Below, piece after piece: positions 9,172 through 18,827 of a DNA stretch of 64,000 bases. A model generated the notes under the pieces. The model searched no databases. It was not told the DNA's origin and saw nothing but the letters and a program-made list of their open reading frames with translations. Position 1 is the stretch's first letter. Each line of letters begins with the position of its first letter. A program made the translations under genes and the position numbers. This DNA comes from an uncultured Oscillospiraceae bacterium (lineage in GTDB: Bacteria > Bacillota > Clostridia > Peptostreptococcales > Anaerovoracaceae): contig CAYJFM010000002.1 of NCBI GenBank assembly GCA_964369805.1, positions 3,376 to 67,375 of the forward strand. Reading direction: 5' to 3'.

Positions 9172-10305
9172 TTACTTTACCTCATAATTTTGAAAAAATT
9201 CGCCTAATTTTTCAAGACCTGCTTCCATGATTTCCGGATTATTGCAGTATCCCATTCTTAAATAGCCTTCTACATCTAAAGCTGACCCAGGTAGTAGCAT
9301 TACTCCCGTTTTCTCTAAAATTTCTAAGCATAAGTCTACCGAGCTTATCTTAATATCATATTTAATGAAAGCTGTTGTTCCGCCTTTTGGCTTCACATAA
9401 CTTAACAGAGGTTGCTTTTCCATCCATGCATCTAATAGCCTTGCATTATTTCTTGCAATTTCAAGGTTTCTTTCCATTACTTTTTCTTTATTTTCAAGAA
9501 TTATTGTCGCAAGGAGGTCATCAATTACACCACAACTTATTACGTGATAGTCTCTTTGTTTATTTACTCTAGCAATATATTCTTCTGGGCCAACAGTCCA
9601 ACCAAGCCTTACGCCAGCAGCAGAGAAAGTTTTTGACATACTAGCATTGCTTATCCCCTTTTCATATAGGTCGACAATTGAAGTTGTAAAGCTCTCTTCA
9701 CAAGCATGGCTAAGGCCTCTATATGCCTCGTCACAAATTAGGTATGCATCTACACTTCTAGCTATTTCAGCTATTTCCTTTAACATCTCCTCATCCATAA
9801 CTGAGCCTGAAGGGTTATTCGGGTTATTGATACAAATTAGTTTTGTATCTTGAGTTGCCATTTTCCTAAGTTCATTAAGGTCTGGCAACCAACCATTCTC
9901 TTCTTTTAATCTAAGAATGTGAACATCAGCTCCTATTGATTCTGGAATTGAATAATGCTGCTGATATGTAGGTAGGACTGAAATCACTTTGTCTCCAGGT
10001 TCTACTATTGTCATTATCGCTATAGCATTCGCACCTATTGCACCATGTGTAACTGTGATATTTTCTAATTTCGGCGCTGATTTATATAATTTTGAAATTT
10101 CTCCTCTAAGGGCTACTGACCCTTCTATTTCTCCATAGCCTAGCCTTATTGATTTTAATTCTTCAAAAAATTCATCACCTTTGCCAGCTAGTTCAAGCAC
10201 TTCTCCTACTTTTAGTGATTCTACACAAGTTTCAGCTAGGTTGTACTCGCAATTATTTTCATACAGGTTCATCCATATTTCTACACCAAAGTCTTTGATT
10301 TTCAT
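9172..10305 (-). CDS. Class I/II PLP aminotransferase
   Basis: 377 aa. SMSKTFSAAGVRLGW (SxSK...GxRxGW lysine motif) and NNPNNPSG. Its stop is 1 nt from the next gene's start. Confidence 0.85.
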   Translation of the reverse strand: MKIKDFGVEIWMNLYENNCEYNLAETCVESLKVGEVLELAGKGDEFFEELKSIRLGYGEIEGSVALRGEISKLYKSAPKLENITVTHGAIGANAIAIMTIVEPGDKVISVLPTYQQHYSIPESIGADVHILRLKEENGWLPDLNELRKMATQDTKLICINNPNNPSGSVMDEEMLKEIAEIARSVDAYLICDEAYRGLSHACEESFTTSIVDLYEKGISNASMSKTFSAAGVRLGWTVGPEEYIARVNKQRDYHVISCGVIDDLLATIILENKEKVMERNLEIARNNARLLDAWMEKQPLLSYVKPKGGTTAFIKYDIKISSVDLCLEILEKTGVMLLPGSALDVEGYLRMGYCNNPEIMEAGLEKLGEFFQNYEVK

Positions 10306-10332
10306 TCTATATTACTCCTTCTCTTTCAAACA

Positions 10333-11352
10333 TTATAGTGTTATCACTACACCTAAGTCTTCTTTTTCTGCTGCTACCAGTGCTTGCTTTCCTGTTACAA
10401 GGTCAAGAAGAGCTGTGCCTGTTGCATCATATACCGTTATTTCTTCATCATTTTCTCTTCCCTTTGTAGCTCCGATAATCACGTGCCCTAGTTCACTGAT
10501 AATGTCTTCAGCTTTGATTACCCCTTCTTTAATTGGAACTTCTATTTCGCCTACATTTATATTTTGAGCTAAATCATCAACATATACCTTTGCATCTGCA
10601 AGTATTGCACTTTCAATTTCTTGCTTATCACCCATGTCTGCACCTATACAGCTAATATGTGTCCCTGGTTTTAGCCATGCCTTCTTTATTAATGGTGCCT
10701 TAGACGGAGTCACTGTTATAATAACATCTGCTAACCTTGTAGCATCTTCTAGGCTCTCAACTGCCTCAACAGTTACGCCTTCTGGAATTTCCATATTTAG
10801 TTCTTCTTTTAAGATTCCCTCAAGCCCTTCTACCATTTTTTTTGCACCTTCAAATTTTATCGGATCCACTATCATCACTTTTTTTATGCTAGGCATTAAT
10901 TCTAGTACTCCTGCAACTTGGAAAGAAGAAACATGCCCAGCTCCAACAACTAATAGTGTTTCCGAATCTTTTCTTGCTAGGTATTTTGCGCCAAGTGCAC
11001 CTGATGCTCCTGTTCTAATTCCTGTAACATAAGCTCCATCAAGCATTCCAATAGGCTCTCCTGTTTCATCATCACATACAATAACAGTACCTACTAGCAT
11101 AGGCTTGCCTTTAGCCGCATTATTTCCAAACCAAGATACTAGCTTTAGCCCAAAAATGCCCGAGCCCTTAACCCATCCTGATTTAATATCCATATCTGCA
11201 ACACCAGGGTCAAATTCATGAAATACAAGAGGAAAAACCTCAGTATCACCTTTTGCCTTATCTACATATACACTCTCAACTGCAGCAATTACATCTTTCA
11301 TTGTTAATAACTCTTTAGTTTGCTCTGCATTTAATACTCTAATTTCTGCCAT
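10333..11352 (-). CDS. Ornithine cyclodeaminase / mu-crystallin family NAD(P) enzyme
   Basis: 339 aa. Rossmann LLVVGAGHVS, TGIRTGA motif, family-typical length. Confidence 0.85.
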   Translation of the reverse strand: MAEIRVLNAEQTKELLTMKDVIAAVESVYVDKAKGDTEVFPLVFHEFDPGVADMDIKSGWVKGSGIFGLKLVSWFGNNAAKGKPMLVGTVIVCDDETGEPIGMLDGAYVTGIRTGASGALGAKYLARKDSETLLVVGAGHVSSFQVAGVLELMPSIKKVMIVDPIKFEGAKKMVEGLEGILKEELNMEIPEGVTVEAVESLEDATRLADVIITVTPSKAPLIKKAWLKPGTHISCIGADMGDKQEIESAILADAKVYVDDLAQNINVGEIEVPIKEGVIKAEDIISELGHVIIGATKGRENDEEITVYDATGTALLDLVTGKQALVAAEKEDLGVVITL

Positions 11353-11597
11353 AATTCCTCCTTATTGGTGTTTTCTGCACCTGTTTCACTTCATAATTTA
11401 TATTATCATCTAACAACTTACCATGCAATGGTATGTATTACTAAACTGCACATGCCAAATTGTTGATTTTACAATTACCTTGTTTAAATTGTACTTCAAG
11501 CAAGTGCATTTTAATATAAAAATATTATCATTTTATGTAATAATATTATCTACTTATTTTTTATTCATGTACAATGAATGTAGTTTGTAGGAGCTTC

Positions 11598-11658
11598 AAA
11601 TCAAAACATCCCTCTACAGATTAGCTTTTCACTGAAAGTCTAATTTTGTAGAGGGATG
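11598..11658 (-). terminator. Intrinsic terminator after hslU
   Basis: CATCCCTCTACA..ATTAG / CTAAT..TGTAGAGGGATG long stem (12 + 5 bp), followed on the minus strand by TTTTGATTT. Confidence 0.8.
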
Positions 11659-11709
11659 TAAGTTTTAAAGTTTTAGATAGCCCTTTTATTTCAAGGACAC
11701 TCCACACGT

Positions 11710-13146
11710 CTAAAGTATAAATTGATCTATATCTTCAGGTTTCAACTTTTCATCAAACTTGTTTTTTACATATTCTTCGTCGATAACGATTTTTTCTTCT
11801 TCCATTTCTGGAATGTTAAATGAAATTTCTTCAAGTAATTTTTCTAGAATTGTATGAAGCCTTCTTGCTCCAATATTTTCAGTTTGTTCATTCATTAAGA
11901 ATGCCATCCTTGCAATTTCTTCAATACATTTTTCAGTAAATTCAATTTCAACACCCTCTGTTTCTAACAAAGCTTTTTGCTGCTTCAAAATTGCATTTTC
12001 TGGTACTGTTAGAATTTTTAAGAAAGTTTCTTCTGTTAAGCTTTCTAACTCAACTCTAATTGGGAAACGTCCTTGAAGTTCTGGAATTAAATCTGTTGGC
12101 TTCGCCGTATGGAAAGCACCTGCACCAATAAACAAAATGTGGTCTGTTTTAATTGGTCCATGTTTTGTGTTAACTACACTTCCCTCAACTATAGGCAAAA
12201 TATCTCTTTGAACACCTTCTCTAGATACATCTGCTCCAGATCTAAGCGAGGATCCTGAGGCAATTTTATCAATTTCATCTATGAAGATAATCCCGTTTTG
12301 CTCTGCATTTCTAAGTGCATCTTCAATTACTTCATCCATGTCCAGTAGATTTTGAGCTTCTTCTTCTCTTAGAATTTTTCTAGCATCTTTAACCTTAACT
12401 GTTTTATCTTTTTTCTTCTTAGGCATGTCCCCAAAAATATTTCCAATGGCAATGCTCATGCCTTCATTACCCATATCTAGTTGGTTTGATTTGTCAGCTT
12501 CAGTTACTTGAATTTCAATAAATTGTTCTTCAAGCAATCCCTCTTTTAGCTGTTGCCTTACTTGCTCTCTAGCTAGCTCCATCTCACTTTTATCTTCAGA
12601 GTTACTCTCTTCCTTAGCTAAGTTTTCTTCATAAAGTTGCTTTTGTGACTTGTAACCACCTGAGTTCATCATTGCAGCAAAAGGATTTGTAGAATCACTA
12701 TTTGTATTTTTTTTATTGCCTCCAGGTATAATTGCCTCAATTATTTTCTCTTCAGCAAGCTCCTCAGCTATAGTGTATTTTTCTTCTAGTCTATTTTGCT
12801 TTGTTAATCTAATTGCAGCCTCCGCTAAATCTCTTATCATCGAGTCAACGTCTCTTCCAACGTATCCAACTTCTGTAAATTTAGTAGCTTCTACCTTTAC
12901 AAAAGGTGCATCCATAAGTTTTGATAGCCTTCTCGCTATTTCTGTTTTACCAACCCCTGTCGGTCCCATCATTAAAATATTTTTTGGTGTTATTTCTTCT
13001 CTCATTTCATCAGAAAGTAAGCTTCGCCTGTATCTATTACGTAATGCAATTGCTACTGATTTTTTCGCTTCTTCTTGACCTATGATATATAAATCTAGTT
13101 TTTCAACAATCTCTTTTGGAGTCATATTATATAGTTTTCCTGACAT
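11710..13146 (-). CDS. hslU: ATP-dependent protease ATPase subunit HslU
   Basis: 478 aa. Walker A GPTGVGKTEIARRL and the full HslU architecture, including the I-domain insert. Confidence 0.96.
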   Translation of the reverse strand: MSGKLYNMTPKEIVEKLDLYIIGQEEAKKSVAIALRNRYRRSLLSDEMREEITPKNILMMGPTGVGKTEIARRLSKLMDAPFVKVEATKFTEVGYVGRDVDSMIRDLAEAAIRLTKQNRLEEKYTIAEELAEEKIIEAIIPGGNKKNTNSDSTNPFAAMMNSGGYKSQKQLYEENLAKEESNSEDKSEMELAREQVRQQLKEGLLEEQFIEIQVTEADKSNQLDMGNEGMSIAIGNIFGDMPKKKKDKTVKVKDARKILREEEAQNLLDMDEVIEDALRNAEQNGIIFIDEIDKIASGSSLRSGADVSREGVQRDILPIVEGSVVNTKHGPIKTDHILFIGAGAFHTAKPTDLIPELQGRFPIRVELESLTEETFLKILTVPENAILKQQKALLETEGVEIEFTEKCIEEIARMAFLMNEQTENIGARRLHTILEKLLEEISFNIPEMEEEKIVIDEEYVKNKFDEKLKPEDIDQFIL

Positions 13147-13156
13147 TTTTCCCTCC

Positions 13157-13696
13157 CTAAAGTTTTTCTACAGAAATGTTTTCATTTGTGTACACACAAA
13201 TTGAAGCTGCAATTTCCAGTGATTTTCTTGCAATATCTTCTGCTCCTAAGTCCGTGTTATTGAATAGGGCATTTGCCGCTGCGTATGCATAGTTACCACC
13301 AGATCCAATTGCTAAAAAATCTTGGTCTGGTTCAATCACTTCACCATTACCTGAAATTAATAGCATAGACTCTTTATCTACTGCAATCATCAAAGCTTCA
13401 AGATTTCTCATTACTTTGTCTGTTCTCCATAACTGTGCTAATGCTACGGCTGCTCTCTTTAGATTTCCGCCATGCTCTTCAAGCTTTTTCTCAAACTTTT
13501 CTGTTAGCGAAAAAGCGTCTGCCACAGAGCCTGCAAAACCTGTTAGTACTTGTCCTTTATAAATTCTTCTTACTTTTTTTGCATGAGCTTTCATAACAGT
13601 GCTCTGCCCCATAGTCACTTGTCCATCACCTGCTATGCAAATGTCATCTTCTCCCCTTCTTATCGCTACTATTGTAGTTGCATGAAATGTTGTCAT
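13157..13696 (-). CDS. hslV: ATP-dependent protease subunit HslV
   Basis: The track gives 13157..13708. The internal ATG ([14 protein letters not shown]) is preceded by GGAGGA at a 5-nt spacing. N-terminal Thr-type protease sequence. Confidence 0.93.
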   Translation of the reverse strand: MTTFHATTIVAIRRGEDDICIAGDGQVTMGQSTVMKAHAKKVRRIYKGQVLTGFAGSVADAFSLTEKFEKKLEEHGGNLKRAAVALAQLWRTDKVMRNLEALMIAVDKESMLLISGNGEVIEPDQDFLAIGSGGNYAYAAANALFNNTDLGAEDIARKSLEIAASICVYTNENISVEKL

Positions 13697-13708
13697 CTTT
13701 TCCTCCAT

Positions 13709-15805
13709 TTACTCTTTGTATTTACATTCTTTGTTCGAACATGAAATTGTTGTATCTTTGAGTTTTTTAGATACTAGCTGCTCTCCGCAGTCTGGGCAAA
13801 GCTTGTCTACTGGTTTGTCCCAATAAACTTGATTGCAGTCTGGGTATCCACTGCATCCATAGAATACTTTCCCACGCTTGCTTTTTCTTTCAATTAATTC
13901 TTTACCACATTTAGGACAATTTACTCCTGTTTTCTTTATGATAGGTTTTGTTGTCTTACATTCTGGATAGTCTGAACAGGCTAAAAACTTACCGAATCTA
14001 CCTTCTTTTATTGCCATTTGTTTTCCGCAGTTTTCGCAAAGTTCCTCTGTTAAAACTACAGGGATTTCAATTTTTTCTATTTCTTCTTCTGCCCTAGCTA
14101 AGTCTTTTTCAAATACTACATAGAACTTTCTAATAATTTCTTTCCACTCTGTCCCTTGCTCTTCAACATTATCAAGCCCTGCTTCCATCTCAGCTGTAAA
14201 AGATGCATCTACGACCTCTTTGAAGTAGTCTTCCATCATGTCTGTAACAATAAAGCCAAGTTCCGTTGGGATTAATGTTTTCTTTTCTCTTTTAATATAT
14301 TTTCTATCTGTAAGTGTTGATACTATAGGTGCATATGTACTTGGTCTTCCAATATCTTTTTCTTCAAGATATTTAATCAGGGAAGCTTCCGTAAATCTAG
14401 GCGGTGGAGATGTGAAGTTCTGATTGCCTATTACTTCTTTTTCCTCTAGTTTTTGCCCATCTTCTAGCAATGGCATCTTCATTTCATCCTCAGTTCCAGC
14501 ATTGTAAACTCTCAAAAATCCGTCAAATTTCAACGTTGAACCTGTTGCTCTAAATACATATTTACCATTAATGATATTTGCTGAAACACTGTCATATACA
14601 GCTGGAGCCATTTGACTTGCAAGAAATCTAGTCCATATCAGCTTATACAATTTATATTGGTCATTTGATAATGATTCTTTAATTTTCTCTGGATCTATGT
14701 CCACATAAGATGGCCTAATCGCCTCATGAGCATCTTGAATGTCCTTTTTCTTACTGGAATAAACATTATCTGACCAATATTTTTCTCCTAGGTGATGTTC
14801 AATGTACTCTTTTGCTTGAGCCTTTGCCTCATTTGAGATTCTTACCGAGTCAGTTCTAAGGTAAGTAATCAGTCCAACAGTTCCTTTTGTAGGAATGTTT
14901 ATTCCTTCATAAAGTTCTTGGGCTACTTTCATCGTTTTTCTTGGGTTGAAATTTAATTTGCTTGATGCATCTTGTTGCAAACTACTTGTTGTAAATGGTG
15001 CATAAGCTTTTCTTTTTCTATCCTTCTTTGTTGCATCGGCTACGGTATAATCCCCAGTCTTCAGTTCAGCTAAAATGGTATCTGCCTCTGCCTTATTTCC
15101 AATTTTAATTTTCTTCTTATTATATAGTACCAGGTTAGCCTCAAATTCCTTAACACGGTCTTCTTCATTTGGATTTTTGAAAGTACCTATAATATTCCAG
15201 AATTCTTCTGGGATAAAACTTGTAATAGCTTTCTCTCTATCACATATTATTTTTAGAGCTGCTGACTGCACCCTGCCTGCACTAAGTCCAGTTTTAATTT
15301 TTTTCCATAGTAATGGACTAATTTTATATCCTACTAGTCTGTCTAGTACTCTTCTTGCTTGCTGCGCATCAACAAGTTTGATATCTATTTTTCTTGGGTG
15401 ACTAACTGCGTTTTTAACAGCTTCTTTTGTGATTTCATTAAAAACAATTCTACATTCTTCTTCTTGATCGATTCCTAGTAGAAAGGCTAAGTGCCAAGAT
15501 ATAGCTTCCCCCTCCCTATCAGGGTCAGTTGCCAGGTATATTTTCGAAGCTTTTTTTCCTTCTTTTTTTAATTCTTTTATTAGATCTCCCTTGCCCCTTA
15601 TATTTATATATCTCGGTTCAAAATCATTTTCTATATCAATTCCAATTTGGCTTTTTGGTAAATCTCTAACATGGCCTACAGAGGCTATAACTTTATATGA
15701 ACTCCCCAGAAACTTCCCTATGGTCTTTGCCTTTGAGGGAGATTCTACTATCACTAATTTCTTTTTTGGTGCCGCTTTTTTTGGTGCCGCTTTTTTCGTC
15801 GCCAT
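13709..15805 (-). CDS. topA: DNA topoisomerase I
   Basis: The track gives 13709..15841. The probable start is MATKKAAPKK, with GGAGAG 6 nt upstream. Toprim LVIVESPSKAKTIGKFLG; C-terminal CxxC zinc ribbons. Confidence 0.95.
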   Translation of the reverse strand: MATKKAAPKKAAPKKKLVIVESPSKAKTIGKFLGSSYKVIASVGHVRDLPKSQIGIDIENDFEPRYINIRGKGDLIKELKKEGKKASKIYLATDPDREGEAISWHLAFLLGIDQEEECRIVFNEITKEAVKNAVSHPRKIDIKLVDAQQARRVLDRLVGYKISPLLWKKIKTGLSAGRVQSAALKIICDREKAITSFIPEEFWNIIGTFKNPNEEDRVKEFEANLVLYNKKKIKIGNKAEADTILAELKTGDYTVADATKKDRKRKAYAPFTTSSLQQDASSKLNFNPRKTMKVAQELYEGINIPTKGTVGLITYLRTDSVRISNEAKAQAKEYIEHHLGEKYWSDNVYSSKKKDIQDAHEAIRPSYVDIDPEKIKESLSNDQYKLYKLIWTRFLASQMAPAVYDSVSANIINGKYVFRATGSTLKFDGFLRVYNAGTEDEMKMPLLEDGQKLEEKEVIGNQNFTSPPPRFTEASLIKYLEEKDIGRPSTYAPIVSTLTDRKYIKREKKTLIPTELGFIVTDMMEDYFKEVVDASFTAEMEAGLDNVEEQGTEWKEIIRKFYVVFEKDLARAEEEIEKIEIPVVLTEELCENCGKQMAIKEGRFGKFLACSDYPECKTTKPIIKKTGVNCPKCGKELIERKSKRGKVFYGCSGYPDCNQVYWDKPVDKLCPDCGEQLVSKKLKDTTISCSNKECKYKE

Positions 15806-15883
15806 AAGGCTCTCCATCCTTTCCGTGGGTGTTATCCTCAATTATGTAAATATTTTCTATTACGAATTGATTATACTAGTTTT

Positions 15884-16735
15884 TTATAATTTTGCAACAA
15901 AAATTTTGCCTAAAGCGGTGAAAACTGCCCCTTTTATCTCCAAAACAGTAATAATACCATTAATTTTCGCTATATCCATCTTTAAAACTCTATGGAGTTT
16001 ATTTATTTCTATAGATCCTTCTTTACGAACTATTTCCATAATCTTTAGTTCTTCTTGCCCAAAATTACTATTATCAAATGGTGCTAACGGATTTAGTTCT
16101 AAATCTAGTATTAATTCATCCAGTATGACTAGTGGTGTACATCCATCCTTTATAAGCTTATTGGTTCCTAGGCTGCAAGTGCTGTTAATATTTCCTGGAA
16201 CAGCATATACTTCTCGATTTTGCTCTGCAGCTATCTCTGCTGTTAGCACCGCTCCACTTTTTGCTCCACCTTCCACTACTACCGTCTTTTCACAAAGTCC
16301 CGAGATTATTCTATTCCTCTTTGGAAAATTGAATCGATCAGCCTTGATATGATCTTCAAACTCAGTTAAGACCAGCCCTTTTTGTTCGATTATTTTTCTT
16401 ATCTCTCTATTTGCTGCTGGATAGTTTATATCAAGTCCTGCTCCAAGTACAGCTATTGTACTACCTTCCCCTTTAACTGCACCCAAATGTGCTTCCTTAT
16501 CAATTCCAACAGCAAGCCCTGAGACAACAGTTACATTAACTTTTGAAAGTTTTTCGCCTAAAGTTCTGCTCACCCATCTTCCATAATCTGTGGTTTTCCT
16601 TGAGCCAACAATTGCTACTTTTCGATTTTTTAATAATTCCCAGTTTCCCATTCCATATAGTGCCTTGGGAGGGTTTTCGATTTCCTTTAATAATTTAGGG
16701 TATATTTCATCGTCTATGGTTATTTTTCTTTTCAC
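15884..16735 (-). CDS. dprA: DNA-processing protein DprA (Smf)
   Basis: 283 aa. GLAVGIDKEAHLGA Rossmann-like DprA motif. Confidence 0.9.
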   Translation of the reverse strand: MKRKITIDDEIYPKLLKEIENPPKALYGMGNWELLKNRKVAIVGSRKTTDYGRWVSRTLGEKLSKVNVTVVSGLAVGIDKEAHLGAVKGEGSTIAVLGAGLDINYPAANREIRKIIEQKGLVLTEFEDHIKADRFNFPKRNRIISGLCEKTVVVEGGAKSGAVLTAEIAAEQNREVYAVPGNINSTCSLGTNKLIKDGCTPLVILDELILDLELNPLAPFDNSNFGQEELKIMEIVRKEGSIEINKLHRVLKMDIAKINGIITVLEIKGAVFTALGKIFVAKL

Positions 16736-18264
16736 TACCTTTCACACCCCTTCTGCCTATATTGTAAAGCTTCCGAAATGTGTATAGCAGCTATTTCTTC
16801 ACATGAATCTAGGTCTGCAATAGTTCTCGCGATTTTTTTGACTTTTTCATAAGATCTTATCGATAAATTCATCTTTTCATATGCCATTGTAAGAAGGGCT
16901 TTCCCCTCCTCATTAACTCTCGCATATTTATCCAATTGTTCTCCATATAATTCTGAGTTCAAGCTAATTTCTTCATTAATGTATCTATCTTTTTGAATTT
17001 CCCTAGCCGCTTCAATTCTACTTCTCATTTTACTAGAACTATAATAAGCACCTTGGCTTTCTTTATACATATCCAACTCGCTAATTTTCACAGAGTTTAA
17101 ACTTACATGCAAATCAATTCTATCTAATATTGGTGATGAAAATTTGTTGTGAAAACTTGCAATCTGACCAGCTGTGCATTTACATTCTTTATTTGGGTTT
17201 CCTAAGTTTCCGCACTTGCAAGGATTAGTTGCTGCTACTAATAATGCCTTTGCAGGAAACTCTGCTCTACCTCCTAGTCTACTTATGGTTATTCTTCCTT
17301 CTTCAAGAGGTTCTCTTAAGCCGTCAATTGCACTTATATCAAAGTGTGCGAATTCGTCTAAAAATAGTACTCCATTATGGGCTAAACTTATCTCCCCTAC
17401 AGTAGCTCTATAGCCTCCTCCAATAAGGGCTTTTCTAGTAGTACTATGATGAGGACATCTAACTGGCCTTTCAGATACAACCGGTGTATCCTCTGATAAC
17501 AGGCCAGCTACACTGTAAATTTTTGTAGTTTCCAGAATTTCCTCCTTTGACATTGCTGGTAAAATACCTCCAATACGCCTAGCCATCATGGTCTTCCCAA
17601 CGCCAGGCCCTCCATACATCATTATGCCATGGCAACCTGCTGCTCCAATCTCAAAGGCTCTTTTCCCTACATCTTGCCCACATACATCGCTAAAGTCTAT
17701 CCTTTTTTCACTATTAGCTTCAAATTCTAAATCCCTTCGACCTTCCATAAGTCCCCTGCCAGCAAAAATTCCTGCCACTTGCCCAATGTTTTCTACAGGA
17801 AAAAACTTCCCTCCATCAACCAACGAAACTTCTTTTAAGTTCCCTTCGGGCAATACAATATTAGTTTTTCCTTCCTCAATTAACTTAAGACAAATAGGAA
17901 GAGCTCCCCTTACAGGATTAACCTTCCCATCCAAGGAAACCTCTCCTAATACTCCAAACTCATTCAAAAACTCCATTCCCATTTCCATTTCTGCAGCAAT
18001 AATCCCCATTGCTATGGGCAAATCAAAATGGCTACCCTCTTTTCTTCTCCCTGCTGGTACCAGGTTAACCGTTATTTTTCTTTTGGGAAATTCTATCCCC
18101 ATGTTTATAAAGGCAGGCTTGATTCTAAGGCCACTCTCTTTTATAGCCAGCCCAGCAAGTCCCACGATATTATAAGATGGAATTCCATTGTTTATAGCTA
18201 CCTCAACTTTGACCAGCTCACCTTCAATTCCCATTAAATTTGCAGTATAAATGCTTGCAATCAT
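16735..18264 (-). CDS. comM: YifB/ComM-family Mg-chelatase-like AAA+ ATPase
   Basis: 509 aa. N-terminal Lon-protease-like domain, Walker A GGPGVGKT, and VLFLDEF. Confidence 0.9.
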   Translation of the reverse strand: MIASIYTANLMGIEGELVKVEVAINNGIPSYNIVGLAGLAIKESGLRIKPAFINMGIEFPKRKITVNLVPAGRRKEGSHFDLPIAMGIIAAEMEMGMEFLNEFGVLGEVSLDGKVNPVRGALPICLKLIEEGKTNIVLPEGNLKEVSLVDGGKFFPVENIGQVAGIFAGRGLMEGRRDLEFEANSEKRIDFSDVCGQDVGKRAFEIGAAGCHGIMMYGGPGVGKTMMARRIGGILPAMSKEEILETTKIYSVAGLLSEDTPVVSERPVRCPHHSTTRKALIGGGYRATVGEISLAHNGVLFLDEFAHFDISAIDGLREPLEEGRITISRLGGRAEFPAKALLVAATNPCKCGNLGNPNKECKCTAGQIASFHNKFSSPILDRIDLHVSLNSVKISELDMYKESQGAYYSSSKMRSRIEAAREIQKDRYINEEISLNSELYGEQLDKYARVNEEGKALLTMAYEKMNLSIRSYEKVKKIARTIADLDSCEEIAAIHISEALQYRQKGCER

Positions 18265-18593
18265 AACTCTAAATCCTCCCTATGTGATATCAAAACTTCT
18301 ACAACATCTACCCTAGTTGTAATATCCCAAAGACTATGCTTTGCCTTATAGCCTTCCGCAGCCTTAAAAATATTCTTCAGTTTCTTTTTGTCCACTGCTT
18401 CTATGGGCTCACCAAATTCAATAGTTGTTCTTGTTTTAACTTCAACAAAAATATATGTATTCCCCTTCCTTCCAATGATATCTACTTCGTAGCGTTTCTC
18501 TCTGAAATTGCGCGCCAAAATAGTAAACCCTTTAGTTCTTAGGAAGTCTGACGCCATATTCTCACCAATTCGTCCTAGCTTTACATTATCCAT
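18261..18593 (-). CDS. yraN: YraN-family (UPF0102) endonuclease-like protein
   Basis: 110 aa. GENMASDFLRTKGFTILARNFR...EVDIIG...FVEVKTR. Overlaps the comM start by 4 nt. Confidence 0.85.
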   Translation of the reverse strand: MDNVKLGRIGENMASDFLRTKGFTILARNFREKRYEVDIIGRKGNTYIFVEVKTRTTIEFGEPIEAVDKKKLKNIFKAAEGYKAKHSLWDITTRVDVVEVLISHREDLEL

Positions 18594-18647
18594 ACCCCCA
18601 TGCCTTTCTTTTGCCTTCTTCAGTGTATCCCCTCACCGTTTTTCTTT

Positions 18648-18676
18648 ATTATGTCATTTTTGTAAAATTATGTCAA
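18648..18676 (-). promoter_or_regulatory. Candidate sigma-A promoter for yraN-comM-dprA
   Basis: The reverse strand reads TTGACA-N17-CATAAT, ~50 nt upstream of the yraN ATG. Confidence 0.55.
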
Positions 18677-18747
18677 TATTTATAGTTGGCGAGGATTGCC
18701 TTTTCATTTTGCTTATAATTACTTCTTGTCTATTTTGATTTTTAGCA

Positions 18748-18779
18748 TAAAAAATAGCGCAGCGACTCGCTGCACTATT
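18748..18779 (-). terminator. Intrinsic terminator after the MBL-HAD gene
   Basis: ATAGCGCAGCG-ACT-CGCTGCACTAT (10 of 11 bp), followed on the minus strand by TTTTTT. Confidence 0.8.
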
Positions 18780-18827
18780 TGTAACTTCTTTTTCCCTACT
18801 ATTCTATATGACCCCTTTTAATTTTAC

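Noticed and set aside
15591-16352. 253-aa plus-strand ORF, together with similar long ORFs at 3393-3944, 10634-11032, 17588-18175, 25260-25802, 29175-29693, 50979-51380 and 62335-62781
   Set aside because: All lie antisense to confidently identified genes. They have low-complexity Ser/Phe/Ile/Leu-rich translations, no RBS and no recognisable motifs. They are the expected by-product of codon bias in an AT-rich genome, not overlapping genes.
16735-18593. yraN-comM-dprA as part of a mobile or competence island
   Set aside because: This is the widely conserved chromosomal arrangement upstream of topA in Firmicutes. No integrase, repeats or compositional break are visible.
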